Positions 50,066 through 59,355 of a stretch of DNA of 64,000 bases are shown here, one piece after another. Below the pieces are notes generated by a model. It worked only from the letters and a program-made list of their open reading frames with translations, had not been told where the DNA came from and made no database searches. The position numbers and the translations under genes are program-made. Position 1 is the stretch's first letter. Each line of letters starts with the position of its first letter. Source of the stretch: Phormidium sp. (GTDB lineage Bacteria; Cyanobacteriota; Cyanobacteriia; Cyanobacteriales; Aerosakkonemataceae); assembly GCA_051013385.1 (NCBI GenBank), contig CP143273.1, positions 1,536,001-1,600,000 of the forward strand, read 5' to 3'.

Positions 50066-50578
50066 TTAACAACTATCTTGGACAATAATCAAATCATTTA
50101 AACGAAATTTGGCAATTTGGGCTATTTCGGTTAATGCTTGTGCCATTTCTACTTCAGGCGAATTTTTAATTCGGTGTTCAAAAGCAGCTAAAATGCTATC
50201 TTTTGTATGATTTTTAACGGCGATAATAAAAGGAAAACCAAATTGATCTTTGTAAGTTTGATTCAGGGAATGAAATCTTTGATATTCTTCCGGTGTTAAT
50301 TTATCCAAACCTATACCAGCTTGTTCTTTTACGGAAGCTTCCGCCATTTTTGCTTTAGTTCCTAAGTCTGGATGGGCGCAAATTAAGTTTAATTGTTGTT
50401 CTTTACTGGCTGTTTGGACGACTTCTACCATAGTTTGATGTAGGACGGATATGTCAGCGAAAGGGCGTTTTTGCCAAGCGTTTTCCGGTATCCAAGGTGA
50501 ATGTTCAAAGATTGTTGCTAAAGCTTCGGTAAAAGCTTGTTGGTTCATTTGATTGAGTTGGGAAATGGTATATTGCAT
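50066..50578 (-). CDS. uraD: OHCU decarboxylase
   Basis: IFEHSPW, LICAHPDLG, S..EQAG.GL, Y...FGFPFIIAV, IAKFRL. Confidence 0.92.
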   Translation of the reverse strand: MQYTISQLNQMNQQAFTEALATIFEHSPWIPENAWQKRPFADISVLHQTMVEVVQTASKEQQLNLICAHPDLGTKAKMAEASVKEQAGIGLDKLTPEEYQRFHSLNQTYKDQFGFPFIIAVKNHTKDSILAAFEHRIKNSPEVEMAQALTEIAQIAKFRLNDLIIVQDSC

Positions 50579-50702
50579 AGTTAATTTGAGAAGAAAGGGA
50601 ACAGGGAACAGGCAACAGGCAACAGGGAGACGGGAAAGGGTAAAGGGTAAAGGATAAATTATTGATTATCTCCTCTGCCCCCCTGCCCCCCTGCCCCCCT
50701 GC

Positions 50703-52058
50703 TTAAGTACGTTCCATCCAACCGCGCATTTTTCCGGGGTTCATTAAACCGTAAGGATCGACCATTTCTTTAAATTTGACTTGGGCGATATCAATAGTTT
50801 TTCTGCCGCCATCTTCTAATATATGTACGTGAGGATTGGGGATGAAAATTCCGCGTTCTTCGTGATAGTGAATAATTTCATTTAAGCGTTCTTCTGTGGT
50901 GAAGCGAACTACTTGTAAACCTGCGGGAACGGCTACCCCACCAATCCGCAAAAATTCCAAGTGCATCATTACTTCACCGCCAAAATGATAATATAACTCT
51001 TCAACTAGTGAGAGACTTTTATCTGGGGGGAAAACGCTTTGCAAATAAGTTAAGGAAGTATCGACATTGCGGGCGTGTAAAGTTGTATGATTCCAGGTAA
51101 ATTCGGCAATATTGAAACCTTTACCTGCATCTTGGGAAGATTTTTGATATGTAATTTTGCCGTCAAATTGTTGGACTAAATCTTGTAAGGGTTCTAAACT
51201 GGTTTCTGATACGATTAATAGGGCGGCATGGGTGTTGTCTGGAAGATACGATCGCAAAGCCGTAAAATAAGTAGGAATCGGCCATGCAGTAATACAAATT
51301 AACTTTTTAATCATCCCATCTGCATCAGCCAAAGTTTGCCCAAATTTGGCAGCTGTCATAAAATCATCGAAAGTGACTATTATTTCTGCCCAAGGATAAG
51401 CAGGCGCTAAAGGAATTTCTAATTCTGTAATAATGCCATTCACACCCCAAGCATGATTAACTTTTTGCACATCATCTCCCCGCAATTCAATTACACGGGG
51501 TTGGTCTTCCATTGTAATAACTTTTAATGCTAAAAGATTGCCGCGATCGCCAAGTAAGCCATAATTAATAGAACCTATTCCACCACTTCCCCCCGCAATA
51601 AAACCCCCAATTGTTGCAATACGATAAGTGGAAGGAGCCATTCGCATTTCCCAGCCAATTTCTCTGCCTTTTTTATCTAACTGCGCCAGTTTTACTCCCG
51701 CTTCTACCCTGGCTACCCCTGGCTTTACCCACAAAATTTCCTGCATTCGCGTCATATCTAGAATGACACCACCATGCAAAGGCACGCATTGTCCATAATT
51801 TCCTGTTCCCGCACCACGCACTGTTAGCGGTATTTTATACTCAACGCAAGCCGCTGCTACTCGGAGAACTTCGGCTTCGTTCACCGGACGAACTACCACA
51901 TCTCCGGTTTTTCCTGCTAACTTCGGTTGCAATACAGGACTAAAAGTATGATAATCCTGAGAAAGCTTTGTAACTTGCACAGGATCAGTAATTACCTCAA
52001 TTCCTGGAAATAGGGTGGAAGCATCCCAATCTTTTGATTTTGTTGGAGTTAATGTCAT
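50703..52058 (-). CDS. FAD-binding oxidoreductase (PCMH/VAO-type)
   Basis: RGAGTGNYGQCVP, ATIGGFIAGGSGG, HAWG.NGII, DPYGLMNPGK. Confidence 0.88.
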   Translation of the reverse strand: MTLTPTKSKDWDASTLFPGIEVITDPVQVTKLSQDYHTFSPVLQPKLAGKTGDVVVRPVNEAEVLRVAAACVEYKIPLTVRGAGTGNYGQCVPLHGGVILDMTRMQEILWVKPGVARVEAGVKLAQLDKKGREIGWEMRMAPSTYRIATIGGFIAGGSGGIGSINYGLLGDRGNLLALKVITMEDQPRVIELRGDDVQKVNHAWGVNGIITELEIPLAPAYPWAEIIVTFDDFMTAAKFGQTLADADGMIKKLICITAWPIPTYFTALRSYLPDNTHAALLIVSETSLEPLQDLVQQFDGKITYQKSSQDAGKGFNIAEFTWNHTTLHARNVDTSLTYLQSVFPPDKSLSLVEELYYHFGGEVMMHLEFLRIGGVAVPAGLQVVRFTTEERLNEIIHYHEERGIFIPNPHVHILEDGGRKTIDIAQVKFKEMVDPYGLMNPGKMRGWMERT

Positions 52059-52457
52059 TGCCGTAAGTTAGTCTTTGACTATGAACAATATTAAAATGCC
52101 TGTTACAGAAAGTTTGTGTTTTTGTTGGCAATTAATCAGGTGTAAAATTAAAGATTACCTTAATTTTAAGAGAGGGAACTGAGGATTACAAGGAATTTTT
52201 GTCAATAGCTCCGATCGACCTTGCTCCTTCCCCTGACTGCAAATTGTAAAATCTACCATAAATTTGTTATAGAATTTATTTAATTAATGTAAATTTAAAT
52301 AAATTAAATCTAATTTTATGAATTCCTAAGCAAAATAAAGTAAAATTATATACAAAGACATATACGAAAAATCTTTTAAGGATGCCAGAGTAGAGCAAAT
52401 AGTTAAATTTAGCTAAGAGTAACATAACAGCCTATTCGGAGTAATTAGACTAAGAGC

Positions 52458-55190
52458 ATGGCTCACGAAGAAAGTAAAACAACATCTCAGTTAAAAGAAG
52501 AAATAGAGGCGGCTTCACTCAGCGCAGAGGAGAGCTTGCTGAATCGAATTGCTAGTAAAATCCGTCGTTCCTTGGAGTTACCAGAAATTTTAACAACGAC
52601 GGCGGAAGAAATTCGGGCTTTTTTAAATACAGACAGAGTAAAAATTTATTCATTTCATACTGATGAGAGTGGGGAAGTAATTGCAGAGTCTATCAATAAT
52701 TATCGTTTACCTTCTTTGTTGGGTTTACATTTTCCGGCTGACGATATACCTTACCATGCGCGTCAGATGTTTTTGAAAGCCCGTCAAAGGGTAATTGTCG
52801 ATGTGGGTGCTGGGCGAAAAATTCTCAGTCAATTAGATTGTCCGCATACGGGAGAAAGCTTAATTTCAGAAGATATTCGTTACTGTCAAGTAGATGAGTG
52901 TCATGTAGAATATCTATCGACAATGGGGGTGCGTTCTTCGTTAACTGTGCCAATTTTGCATCAAAATCAACTTTGGGGTTTGTTGGTTTCTCATAATGCA
53001 AAACCGCGCCGCTATACGGAAAGAGAGTTGAAAATTGTGCAATTGTTAGTCGATCAATTATCGATCGCGATCGCTCAATCCGATCTCCTGTTTCGCGCCA
53101 GAAATCAAGCCGAACACGAAGCAACTATCAATCAAATCAGCCAAATTTTACACTCCCCACTAAACATTTTGAAAATTCGCCAAACCGTCCTCGAACAAGC
53201 AGTCAAAGTTCTAGATGGTTCTGGTGGCAGATTATATATTACGCCCAATGGCATAGCAGAATCTGCACAAGTTTTTCTTTCTGGTGAACAAGCAAATATA
53301 CCGGAACTGGAAGAAACTCTGTTTTGGCAAAAAATCATTGGATTAGACAAAAACAAGCAGGCAGAATATCTTAAATGCCCTATTTTATCCCAATCTTGGT
53401 CGCTCCCGAAACCAACCATCAAAACTAATTTTTTCCCCCAAAATTCAAGCAAATCTATAGAGCCAACAAATCTAGAATCTATTGATAATAAACATCCTGT
53501 TTCGCAGATTTATATTATTACCGATCTCTACCAAGAACCGCAATTTAAAGAATTAATTCCTGCCTTTAAAACCACTAGCATTCGCTCTTTATTAATTGTA
53601 CCATTGCGATATCATCAACAATGTGTAGGTTGTCTGACAATATTTAGAAATGAAATTGAGACGGAAAGATTATGGGCGGGAAGACTCAGAAAAGACAAAA
53701 GAAATTCTCGTCCTCGGAGATCTTTTCAAGCTTGGCGAGACGTGAGAAAAGGACAAAGTAAAGAGTGGAGTCAAGATGAAATTAAGTTAGCGCAAGCTTT
53801 GGGATTACATCTTTATATGGCTGTGATGCAAAAGCGGGTGGAAGATACAATTAAACATCAAGCTTCTCATGATTTACTAACAGGTTTACCGAATAGATTA
53901 CTATTTAGCGATCGCCTTTCCCTAGAATTAGCTCACCTGCAACAAGGTGGCAAAATGCTGGCGGTAGCGTTTCTCGATTTAGATTATTTTAAAAACATTA
54001 ATGATACTCTCGGTCATGCTACAGGCGATCAATTATTACGACAAGTTGCCCAAAGATTGCAAGCTGGTTTACGAGAAGGAGACCTAGTGGCGCGTTGGGG
54101 CGGAGATGAATTTACAATCTTATTAGCTGGCATTCTGAGTGGAGAAAATGCTGTTAATATTGTAGAGCGAATTCTGCACGTAATTAGCGCTCCTTTTAAT
54201 TTTAGCGGTCAAGAATTTTACGTCAAAGCTAGTATTGGAATTGCCTTTGCTCCTTATGATGGTGAAGATGCAGAAACACTGCTGAAAAATGCCGATGCTG
54301 CTATGTATAAAGCCAAGCAAAAAGGGCGGAATAACTATCAAGTATATACTCCCGCGATCGGAGATAAAGCCCTAGAACGCATGGTGTTGGAAAATAATTT
54401 ATACAAAGCCCTACAAAGAGCCGAATTTTTATTACATTACCAACCTCAATTAGATATAAATACAGGTAAAATTGTCGGGATGGAAGCATTAATTCGCTGG
54501 CAATCTGTAGAGAAAGGTTTAATTCGCCCAGATCAATTTATTCCGGTGGCGGAAGAAACGGGATTAATCTTTCAAATTGGCGAATGGGTATTAAGAACCG
54601 CCTGCGAACAAAACAAACTTTGGCAACAAGCTGGTTTACCACCAATCCGCGTCGCAGTCAATCTTTCGGCTAGACAATTTCAGAAACAAGACTTGGTAAA
54701 AACTATTGCTAAAGTGTTGCATGAAACCGGGTTAGAACCAGAGTATTTAGAAATCGAAATTACTGAGAGTATTGCCATCCAAGATGTAGACTTTACAATT
54801 GCAGTGTTGCATACTTTAAGAAGTATGGGAATACATATTTCTATGGATGATTTTGGTATAGGTTACTCTTCTCTGTGGTCGCTGAAAAGATTTCCCTTAG
54901 ATAAACTGAAAATCGATCGATCGTTCATTCATGATTTTATCAGCCATCCCAAAGATGCCGCAATTATTACCGCGATCGTTGATTTGGGGCACGCATTAAA
55001 CTTAAAATTAATTGCCGAGGGAGTAGAAACAGCAGAACAATTAAAATTTTTGCGATCGATAAATTGTGATGGTATCCAAGGTTATTTCTTTAGTCCCCCT
55101 GTCACTGCTCAAGCTGCTACTGAAATACTCAAAAATCAAACTAAAACCTTACTAAAGCTAGATTATTTGAAAACCGATCGTTTGGCTTAA
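52458..55190 (+). CDS. Cph2-type knotless phytochrome (GAF-GAF/PHY) fused to GGDEF and EAL
   Basis: LGLHFPADDIP..AR, chromophore Cys in VDECHVEYL, tongue WAG...PRRSF.AW, RWGGDEF, and EAL/DDFG/KID/AEGVE/QGY. Confidence 0.9.
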   Translation: MAHEESKTTSQLKEEIEAASLSAEESLLNRIASKIRRSLELPEILTTTAEEIRAFLNTDRVKIYSFHTDESGEVIAESINNYRLPSLLGLHFPADDIPYHARQMFLKARQRVIVDVGAGRKILSQLDCPHTGESLISEDIRYCQVDECHVEYLSTMGVRSSLTVPILHQNQLWGLLVSHNAKPRRYTERELKIVQLLVDQLSIAIAQSDLLFRARNQAEHEATINQISQILHSPLNILKIRQTVLEQAVKVLDGSGGRLYITPNGIAESAQVFLSGEQANIPELEETLFWQKIIGLDKNKQAEYLKCPILSQSWSLPKPTIKTNFFPQNSSKSIEPTNLESIDNKHPVSQIYIITDLYQEPQFKELIPAFKTTSIRSLLIVPLRYHQQCVGCLTIFRNEIETERLWAGRLRKDKRNSRPRRSFQAWRDVRKGQSKEWSQDEIKLAQALGLHLYMAVMQKRVEDTIKHQASHDLLTGLPNRLLFSDRLSLELAHLQQGGKMLAVAFLDLDYFKNINDTLGHATGDQLLRQVAQRLQAGLREGDLVARWGGDEFTILLAGILSGENAVNIVERILHVISAPFNFSGQEFYVKASIGIAFAPYDGEDAETLLKNADAAMYKAKQKGRNNYQVYTPAIGDKALERMVLENNLYKALQRAEFLLHYQPQLDINTGKIVGMEALIRWQSVEKGLIRPDQFIPVAEETGLIFQIGEWVLRTACEQNKLWQQAGLPPIRVAVNLSARQFQKQDLVKTIAKVLHETGLEPEYLEIEITESIAIQDVDFTIAVLHTLRSMGIHISMDDFGIGYSSLWSLKRFPLDKLKIDRSFIHDFISHPKDAAIITAIVDLGHALNLKLIAEGVETAEQLKFLRSINCDGIQGYFFSPPVTAQAATEILKNQTKTLLKLDYLKTDRLA

Positions 55191-55235
55191 TTAAGCAGAA
55201 TCAGGGCAAAAGCAATTATCAAGGTTGATGAGCAA

Positions 55236-56189
55236 ATGAGTAACCAAGAAGACAATTTCCAGCAATCAGAAATATTTACTATCCCCGTTGCACCACCGGG
55301 GTTTAAATCAGGTTTTATCGGCATTATTGGTCGTCCTAATGTGGGCAAATCTACCCTAATGAATTTGTTAGTAGGACAAAAAATTGCCATCACTTCCCCA
55401 GTAGCGCAAACTACCCGCAATCGCCTACAAGGAATTTTAACCACAGAAAAAGCTCAAATAATTTTTGTCGATACTCCCGGTATTCATAAACCCCATCACC
55501 GCTTAGGTGAAGTTTTGGTAAAAAATGCCCAAGTTGCGATGCAATCAGTGGATTTATTGCTGTTTTTAGTGGATGCTTCCCAAGAGGCGGGAGGAGGCGA
55601 TCGCTTTATTGTCGAACTATTAGAAAAAACCAAAACCCCAATAATTTTAGGATTGAACAAATTAGACCAACAACCCGCAAACTTTCAACCGATTGATGAT
55701 AGTTACATTCAAATAGCTAAAACTTATAATTGGCCTTTTGTTAAATTTTCCGCCCTGACAAGTGAAGGAATAGAAACACTCCAAGACTTATTAATTAGTA
55801 AATTAGAAACAGGTCCCTATTATTATCCCCCGGATTTAGTCACCGATCAACCAGAACGTTTTATTATGGGTGAATTAATCCGCGAACAAATTTTGTTGCT
55901 AACTCGCGAAGAAGTTCCCCACTCAGTAGCAGTGACAATTGAGCAAGTAGAAGAAGCGGAAACAATTACTCGCGTTTGGGCAACAATTCATGTTGAACGT
56001 GATTCTCAAAAAGGTATTTTAATCGGTAAAGCTGGTGGAATGCTAAAAGCAATTGGTAGCGCCGCTAGAGAACAAATGCAAAAGTTAATTTCTGGGAAAA
56101 TTTATTTAGAATTATTTGTGAAAGTGCAACCAAAATGGCGACAATCTCGCCTACGTTTGGCTGAATTTGGCTACAAAGTCGAAGAGTAA
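55236..56189 (+). CDS. era: GTPase Era
   Basis: GRPNVGKST, QTTR, DTPG, NKLD, EEVPH, KH domain SQKGILIGK. Confidence 0.97.
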   Translation: MSNQEDNFQQSEIFTIPVAPPGFKSGFIGIIGRPNVGKSTLMNLLVGQKIAITSPVAQTTRNRLQGILTTEKAQIIFVDTPGIHKPHHRLGEVLVKNAQVAMQSVDLLLFLVDASQEAGGGDRFIVELLEKTKTPIILGLNKLDQQPANFQPIDDSYIQIAKTYNWPFVKFSALTSEGIETLQDLLISKLETGPYYYPPDLVTDQPERFIMGELIREQILLLTREEVPHSVAVTIEQVEEAETITRVWATIHVERDSQKGILIGKAGGMLKAIGSAAREQMQKLISGKIYLELFVKVQPKWRQSRLRLAEFGYKVEE

Positions 56190-56190
56190 A

Positions 56191-56311
56191 CTGAGATAAG
56201 AGCACCATTCTCAACAAGACTTGAAAAACCGGGTTATGAACGAAAAAGCTGGGCTTTCAGATTTAGCTATTTGCAAGAAACCCGGTTTTTAGCCCGGGTG
56301 CAAGATCTGAG
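56191..56311. mobile_element. 121-bp MITE (copy B)
   Basis: CTGAGATAAGAGCACCA...GGGTGCAAGATCTGAG with 4-bp direct repeat TAAA that includes the era stop codon. Confidence 0.8.
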
Positions 56312-56367
56312 TAAAAGCGGCAGAAGGGTTAAAGGTTAAGGTAAAATCATAAAATAAAGTATAACGT

Positions 56368-56516
56368 CAATACTGCTCGGGTTTTGAGTAGGGGCGAAGC
56401 ATTCGGGTCAAAAATTATGGCCTAAAACCTAGATTTTCTGCCCGAATGCTAATGCCTACGACACGCACTCGCGTTCGCCCCTACAAAGGCAAAAAATACT
56501 TAACCGAGCAGTATTG
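56368..56516. mobile_element. MITE with CAATACTGCTCGG inverted ends enclosing a GTAGGGGCGAA REP-like pair
   Basis: CAATACTGCTCGG...CCGAGCAGTATTG with internal GTAGGGGCGAA...TTCGCCCCTAC. Confidence 0.8.
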
Positions 56517-56574
56517 AGAGTGGTGCAAGATCTCAGTATAACGTTCTCCTTAAGCCAGCCAGATCTGATGAATT

Positions 56575-57165
56575 ATGTCTCTATCTTCTAAAGTTCAAAT
56601 ATTTGGGGAATTCTTACAAGAAATCCCTATTAGTAATGACTATCTCACCTTGAATTTTTCCCCGGCTTCAGAGGCAAGAAAGCGCCGTTGGGAACACAAT
56701 GGTATATCAGCAGACTTTTTAGGCGACTACTTCGCGGCTTTTTTCCCTGGCGATGCGACTTCCGAGAAAAAAATTAATCGGAAAAACACAGTTAAAGGTA
56801 TAGTCAGTTATATCGCTAATGAGCTTTTAGAGAATGCGGTTAAGTATAGCGATCGATCTGCCAACTTACCAATTACTATTACCCTATATCTGTACGAGCA
56901 TGAATTGATTTTTCTTGTCACTAATTATGCTCAGGAAATAATGGTAGAAAAATATCAGAAATTTATCCGCGAACTGTTAGATTCCGACCCCGATGAACTT
57001 TATACCCGCCAACTAGAAAAAACCGCACTGGGAACAGGAGAATCCCACATAGGTTTGTTAACTATAATTAATGATTATTCTGCTCGCTTAGGTTGGAAAT
57101 TTGATTACTTAAAGCAAGATTTAAGCCTAATTCATGTAAGTGTCATAGCCAGGTTTGATATTTAA
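56575..57165 (+). CDS. Slr1658-like regulator (HATPase / anti-sigma kinase-like)
   Basis: RRW..NGISADFLGDYF, YIANELLENAVKY (N-box), S.IGLLTIINDY..RLGWKF. Confidence 0.75.
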   Translation: MSLSSKVQIFGEFLQEIPISNDYLTLNFSPASEARKRRWEHNGISADFLGDYFAAFFPGDATSEKKINRKNTVKGIVSYIANELLENAVKYSDRSANLPITITLYLYEHELIFLVTNYAQEIMVEKYQKFIRELLDSDPDELYTRQLEKTALGTGESHIGLLTIINDYSARLGWKFDYLKQDLSLIHVSVIARFDI

Positions 57166-57221
57166 AATAAGTCACTAATATATCGGATTAATTGACGAAA
57201 TAGCAAATAAATACTATTAAC

Positions 57222-57584
57222 TTGCTGAGGTGTAGACAATTGCTGGAAATAAAAACAGATGACTATCAAATATGGCATAATTCAGAAAGATCAACAGTGT
57301 TTTTCCGAGGCTTCCTGCGATTGGCTGGAATGGAAGAATATCGACCTGTAATGGAATTGTTAATGAATGTGATTGAGGAAACTCCTAATTTTACAATTAA
57401 CTTGCAGGAATTGGAATTTCTTAACAGTTCAGGAATCAGTATGCTCTCTATGTTTGTCATTAAGGTGCGAGAAAAAGGTAATGTAAATTTGGTTTTACAA
57501 GGTTCAGGTAAAATTCTTTGGCAGACAAAATCCTTAAAGAATTTACAACGCTTGATGCCCGGTATCAAACTAGAATTTAGTTGA
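57222..57584 (+). CDS. Slr1659-like STAS / anti-anti-sigma-like protein (true start probably TTG 57240)
   Basis: G.LRL.G..EY, L.ELEFLNSSGISMLS.FVI..R, WQ.KSLKNLQRL.P. The STAS phospho-Ser motif NSSG is present. Confidence 0.75.
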   Translation: MLRCRQLLEIKTDDYQIWHNSERSTVFFRGFLRLAGMEEYRPVMELLMNVIEETPNFTINLQELEFLNSSGISMLSMFVIKVREKGNVNLVLQGSGKILWQTKSLKNLQRLMPGIKLEFS

Positions 57585-57678
57585 TGCCAAATCGGAGATC
57601 GACTCGCTCTTAGCCCTTTAAGTTGCTAGTTGAGGCAGCAGGCGGGAGTAATGATGAACTGCCCGTATGGAGATTGCG

Positions 57679-57845
57679 ATTGCAATTTCAACTAATCCCT
57701 ATCAGGGATTGAAAGACTTTGGTGAGAGAAAAATAATTAAGGCTGGACTAATTGCAATTTCAACTAATCCCTATCAGGGATTGAAACAAGGAATTTGAAA
57801 AGCAGTTTCCCGAAGAATTTTACAATTGCAATTTCAACTAATCCC
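57679..57845 (+). CRISPR. Orphan mini CRISPR array: 2 full repeats, 1 truncated repeat, 2 spacers; repeat resembles cyanobacterial type I-D-associated repeats
   Basis: 37-bp repeat ATTGCAATTTCAACTAATCCCTATCAGGGATTGAAA(C/G) at 57679-57715 and 57751-57787, plus a 21-bp partial at 57825-57845. Spacers are 35 and 37 nt. Internal hairpin AATCCCT-ATC-AGGGATT. Confidence 0.9.
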
Positions 57846-58039
57846 AGAAACCGGGTTTCTTTGGCTTGGGGTAAGGAAAGCTCGACTGCGATCCTTAGAT
57901 CTTGCACCATTCTCAACAAGACCTGAAAAACCGGGTTTTTTTATGAAAAATATAGGCTTTCAGGTTTAGCTATTTGCAAGAAACCCGGTTTTTAGTCCTG
58001 GTGCAAGATCTAAGGATCGCTCCTGAAACCCGGTTTCTC
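57846..58039. mobile_element. Miniature element with AGAAACCGGGTTTC arms, inserted in the last CRISPR repeat
   Basis: Arms at 57846-57859 and 58025-58038 are perfect inverted repeats. ATCCC flanks both sides. Confidence 0.65.
57894..58014. mobile_element. 121-bp MITE (copy C), nested in the previous element
   Basis: CTTAGATCTTGCACCA...TGGTGCAAGATCTAAG with GATC on both sides. Confidence 0.88.
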
Positions 58040-58070
58040 ATCCCCGAAGGAGTTCTAGGGATTGATTAGT

Positions 58071-58406
58071 TTATTTTGCTTCCGAAAGTGTGAGTAAAAA
58101 AGCTAAATTTTCTTCGGTTTTTAAAGCATGGGGAGCATGAGCAGGCATAAATACAAAAACACCTGGTTCTAAAATAATATCTTCGCCTTCTAAAGTAAGA
58201 ATTCCCTTGCCTTCAATCACATTAACTGTAGCGTTGCGAGTGGCAGTATGTTCCGAAATTTCTGTGCCACCTGCAAGACAAAACAGCGTGTGTTGACAGT
58301 TATTATCTTTGAGAATAACTTTACTTAAAACTCCTCCCCCTGGATATTCAATTTGATCTTTGATTTGCGTCACAAAAGATGATGTTGATAAAGTTGTAGA
58401 AGTCAT
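58071..58406 (-). CDS. Cupin-domain protein
   Basis: TLFCLAGGTEISEHT, VIEGKG.L.L, MPAHAPHAL. Confidence 0.88.
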   Translation of the reverse strand: MTSTTLSTSSFVTQIKDQIEYPGGGVLSKVILKDNNCQHTLFCLAGGTEISEHTATRNATVNVIEGKGILTLEGEDIILEPGVFVFMPAHAPHALKTEENLAFLLTLSEAK

Positions 58407-58438
58407 ATTTTCTCCTTTGGTAATTGATGAGTTACTAG

Positions 58439-59224
58439 TTAATTTCTTTCGGCTACTAAAACGATGTAACCTAAATCTTGCTGGTATTTTTGGAAAATGC
58501 GGCGCATGGCTAGAACTCGTTGCCGAATTTGGGAATTAGTGGCAACGTTCCAGAGAATTTTAGCAACACTAAATAATCCTTCATCCTGAATCATTCGTCG
58601 CAGGTTTAGTAATGCCATGCTGCCAGTTTGATGCTGTTTAACTTCTAATTCACTATTAGCAAAAGTAGCAATCCAATTTGCCTGAGATAAAGGTGATGTA
58701 TCACTTCTGATGACTCTGGCTAATTCTTGATGGATTTCTGCTTCTCTGTTATCAGCTAACATTTCATGAGAAAGAAATTTTCCGCCCGGTTTTAGTTTGG
58801 CATGAATTCCATTTAAAATTTTAGCTTTTCTGGGAGCAGATTGCATCGATAAAATTGCCTCAGCAAATACATAATCAAACTGAAGAGAAATTGCTTCTAA
58901 GTGGAAAATATCTCCTTCAATAATGGTAATTTTATCTGTTAAACCAGCAGCTTGAATATTAGCACGGGCACGGGCTACGCTAGCGGGATTTTTTTCCACA
59001 CCTACTACTTTGACACCAAAACGTTGGGCAAGTGCGATCGCGCTATATCCAAAACTAGAAGCTAATTCCAACACAGTCTCATCAGGTTGAAAATTCGCCC
59101 ATCTAAATAGTTGTTCTGTAGCCGATTTTCCCCCCGGACGTAAAATTTTCTTACCTGCTGCCGCTAGCACCTGATGTCCCGGCGCAGTTTGCAAATTGAT
59201 TGTTGTCTGTGCCATCTTTGCCAC
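58439..59224 (-). CDS. Class I SAM-dependent methyltransferase
   Basis: GHQVLAAAGKKILRPGG, VLELASSFG, FDYVFAEAIL, LKPGG. Confidence 0.88.
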   Translation of the reverse strand: MAKMAQTTINLQTAPGHQVLAAAGKKILRPGGKSATEQLFRWANFQPDETVLELASSFGYSAIALAQRFGVKVVGVEKNPASVARARANIQAAGLTDKITIIEGDIFHLEAISLQFDYVFAEAILSMQSAPRKAKILNGIHAKLKPGGKFLSHEMLADNREAEIHQELARVIRSDTSPLSQANWIATFANSELEVKQHQTGSMALLNLRRMIQDEGLFSVAKILWNVATNSQIRQRVLAMRRIFQKYQQDLGYIVLVAERN

Positions 59225-59274
59225 CTTCTCTTTCAGTCTTAACTTCAGTTTGGCAAAAACTCGCTATTAGATCT

Positions 59275-59288
59275 TTGACTTAGATCAA
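59275..59288. promoter_or_regulatory. FNR/Crp-family-like operator
   Basis: TTGAC-TTAG-ATCAA (minus strand TTGAT-CTAA-GTCAA), 9/10 to TTGAT-N4-ATCAA, about 50 bp upstream of the methyltransferase-cupin pair. Confidence 0.45.
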
Positions 59289-59355
59289 GTTTCCTAATTC
59301 TTCTCAGTGATTCTTGGTACAACACAGTAGGATTACTTAATGTATTAAAAATCAC

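Noticed and set aside
57585..57678. Extra degenerate CRISPR repeat or tracr-like RNA upstream of the array
   Set aside because: No convincing similarity or complementarity to the repeat.
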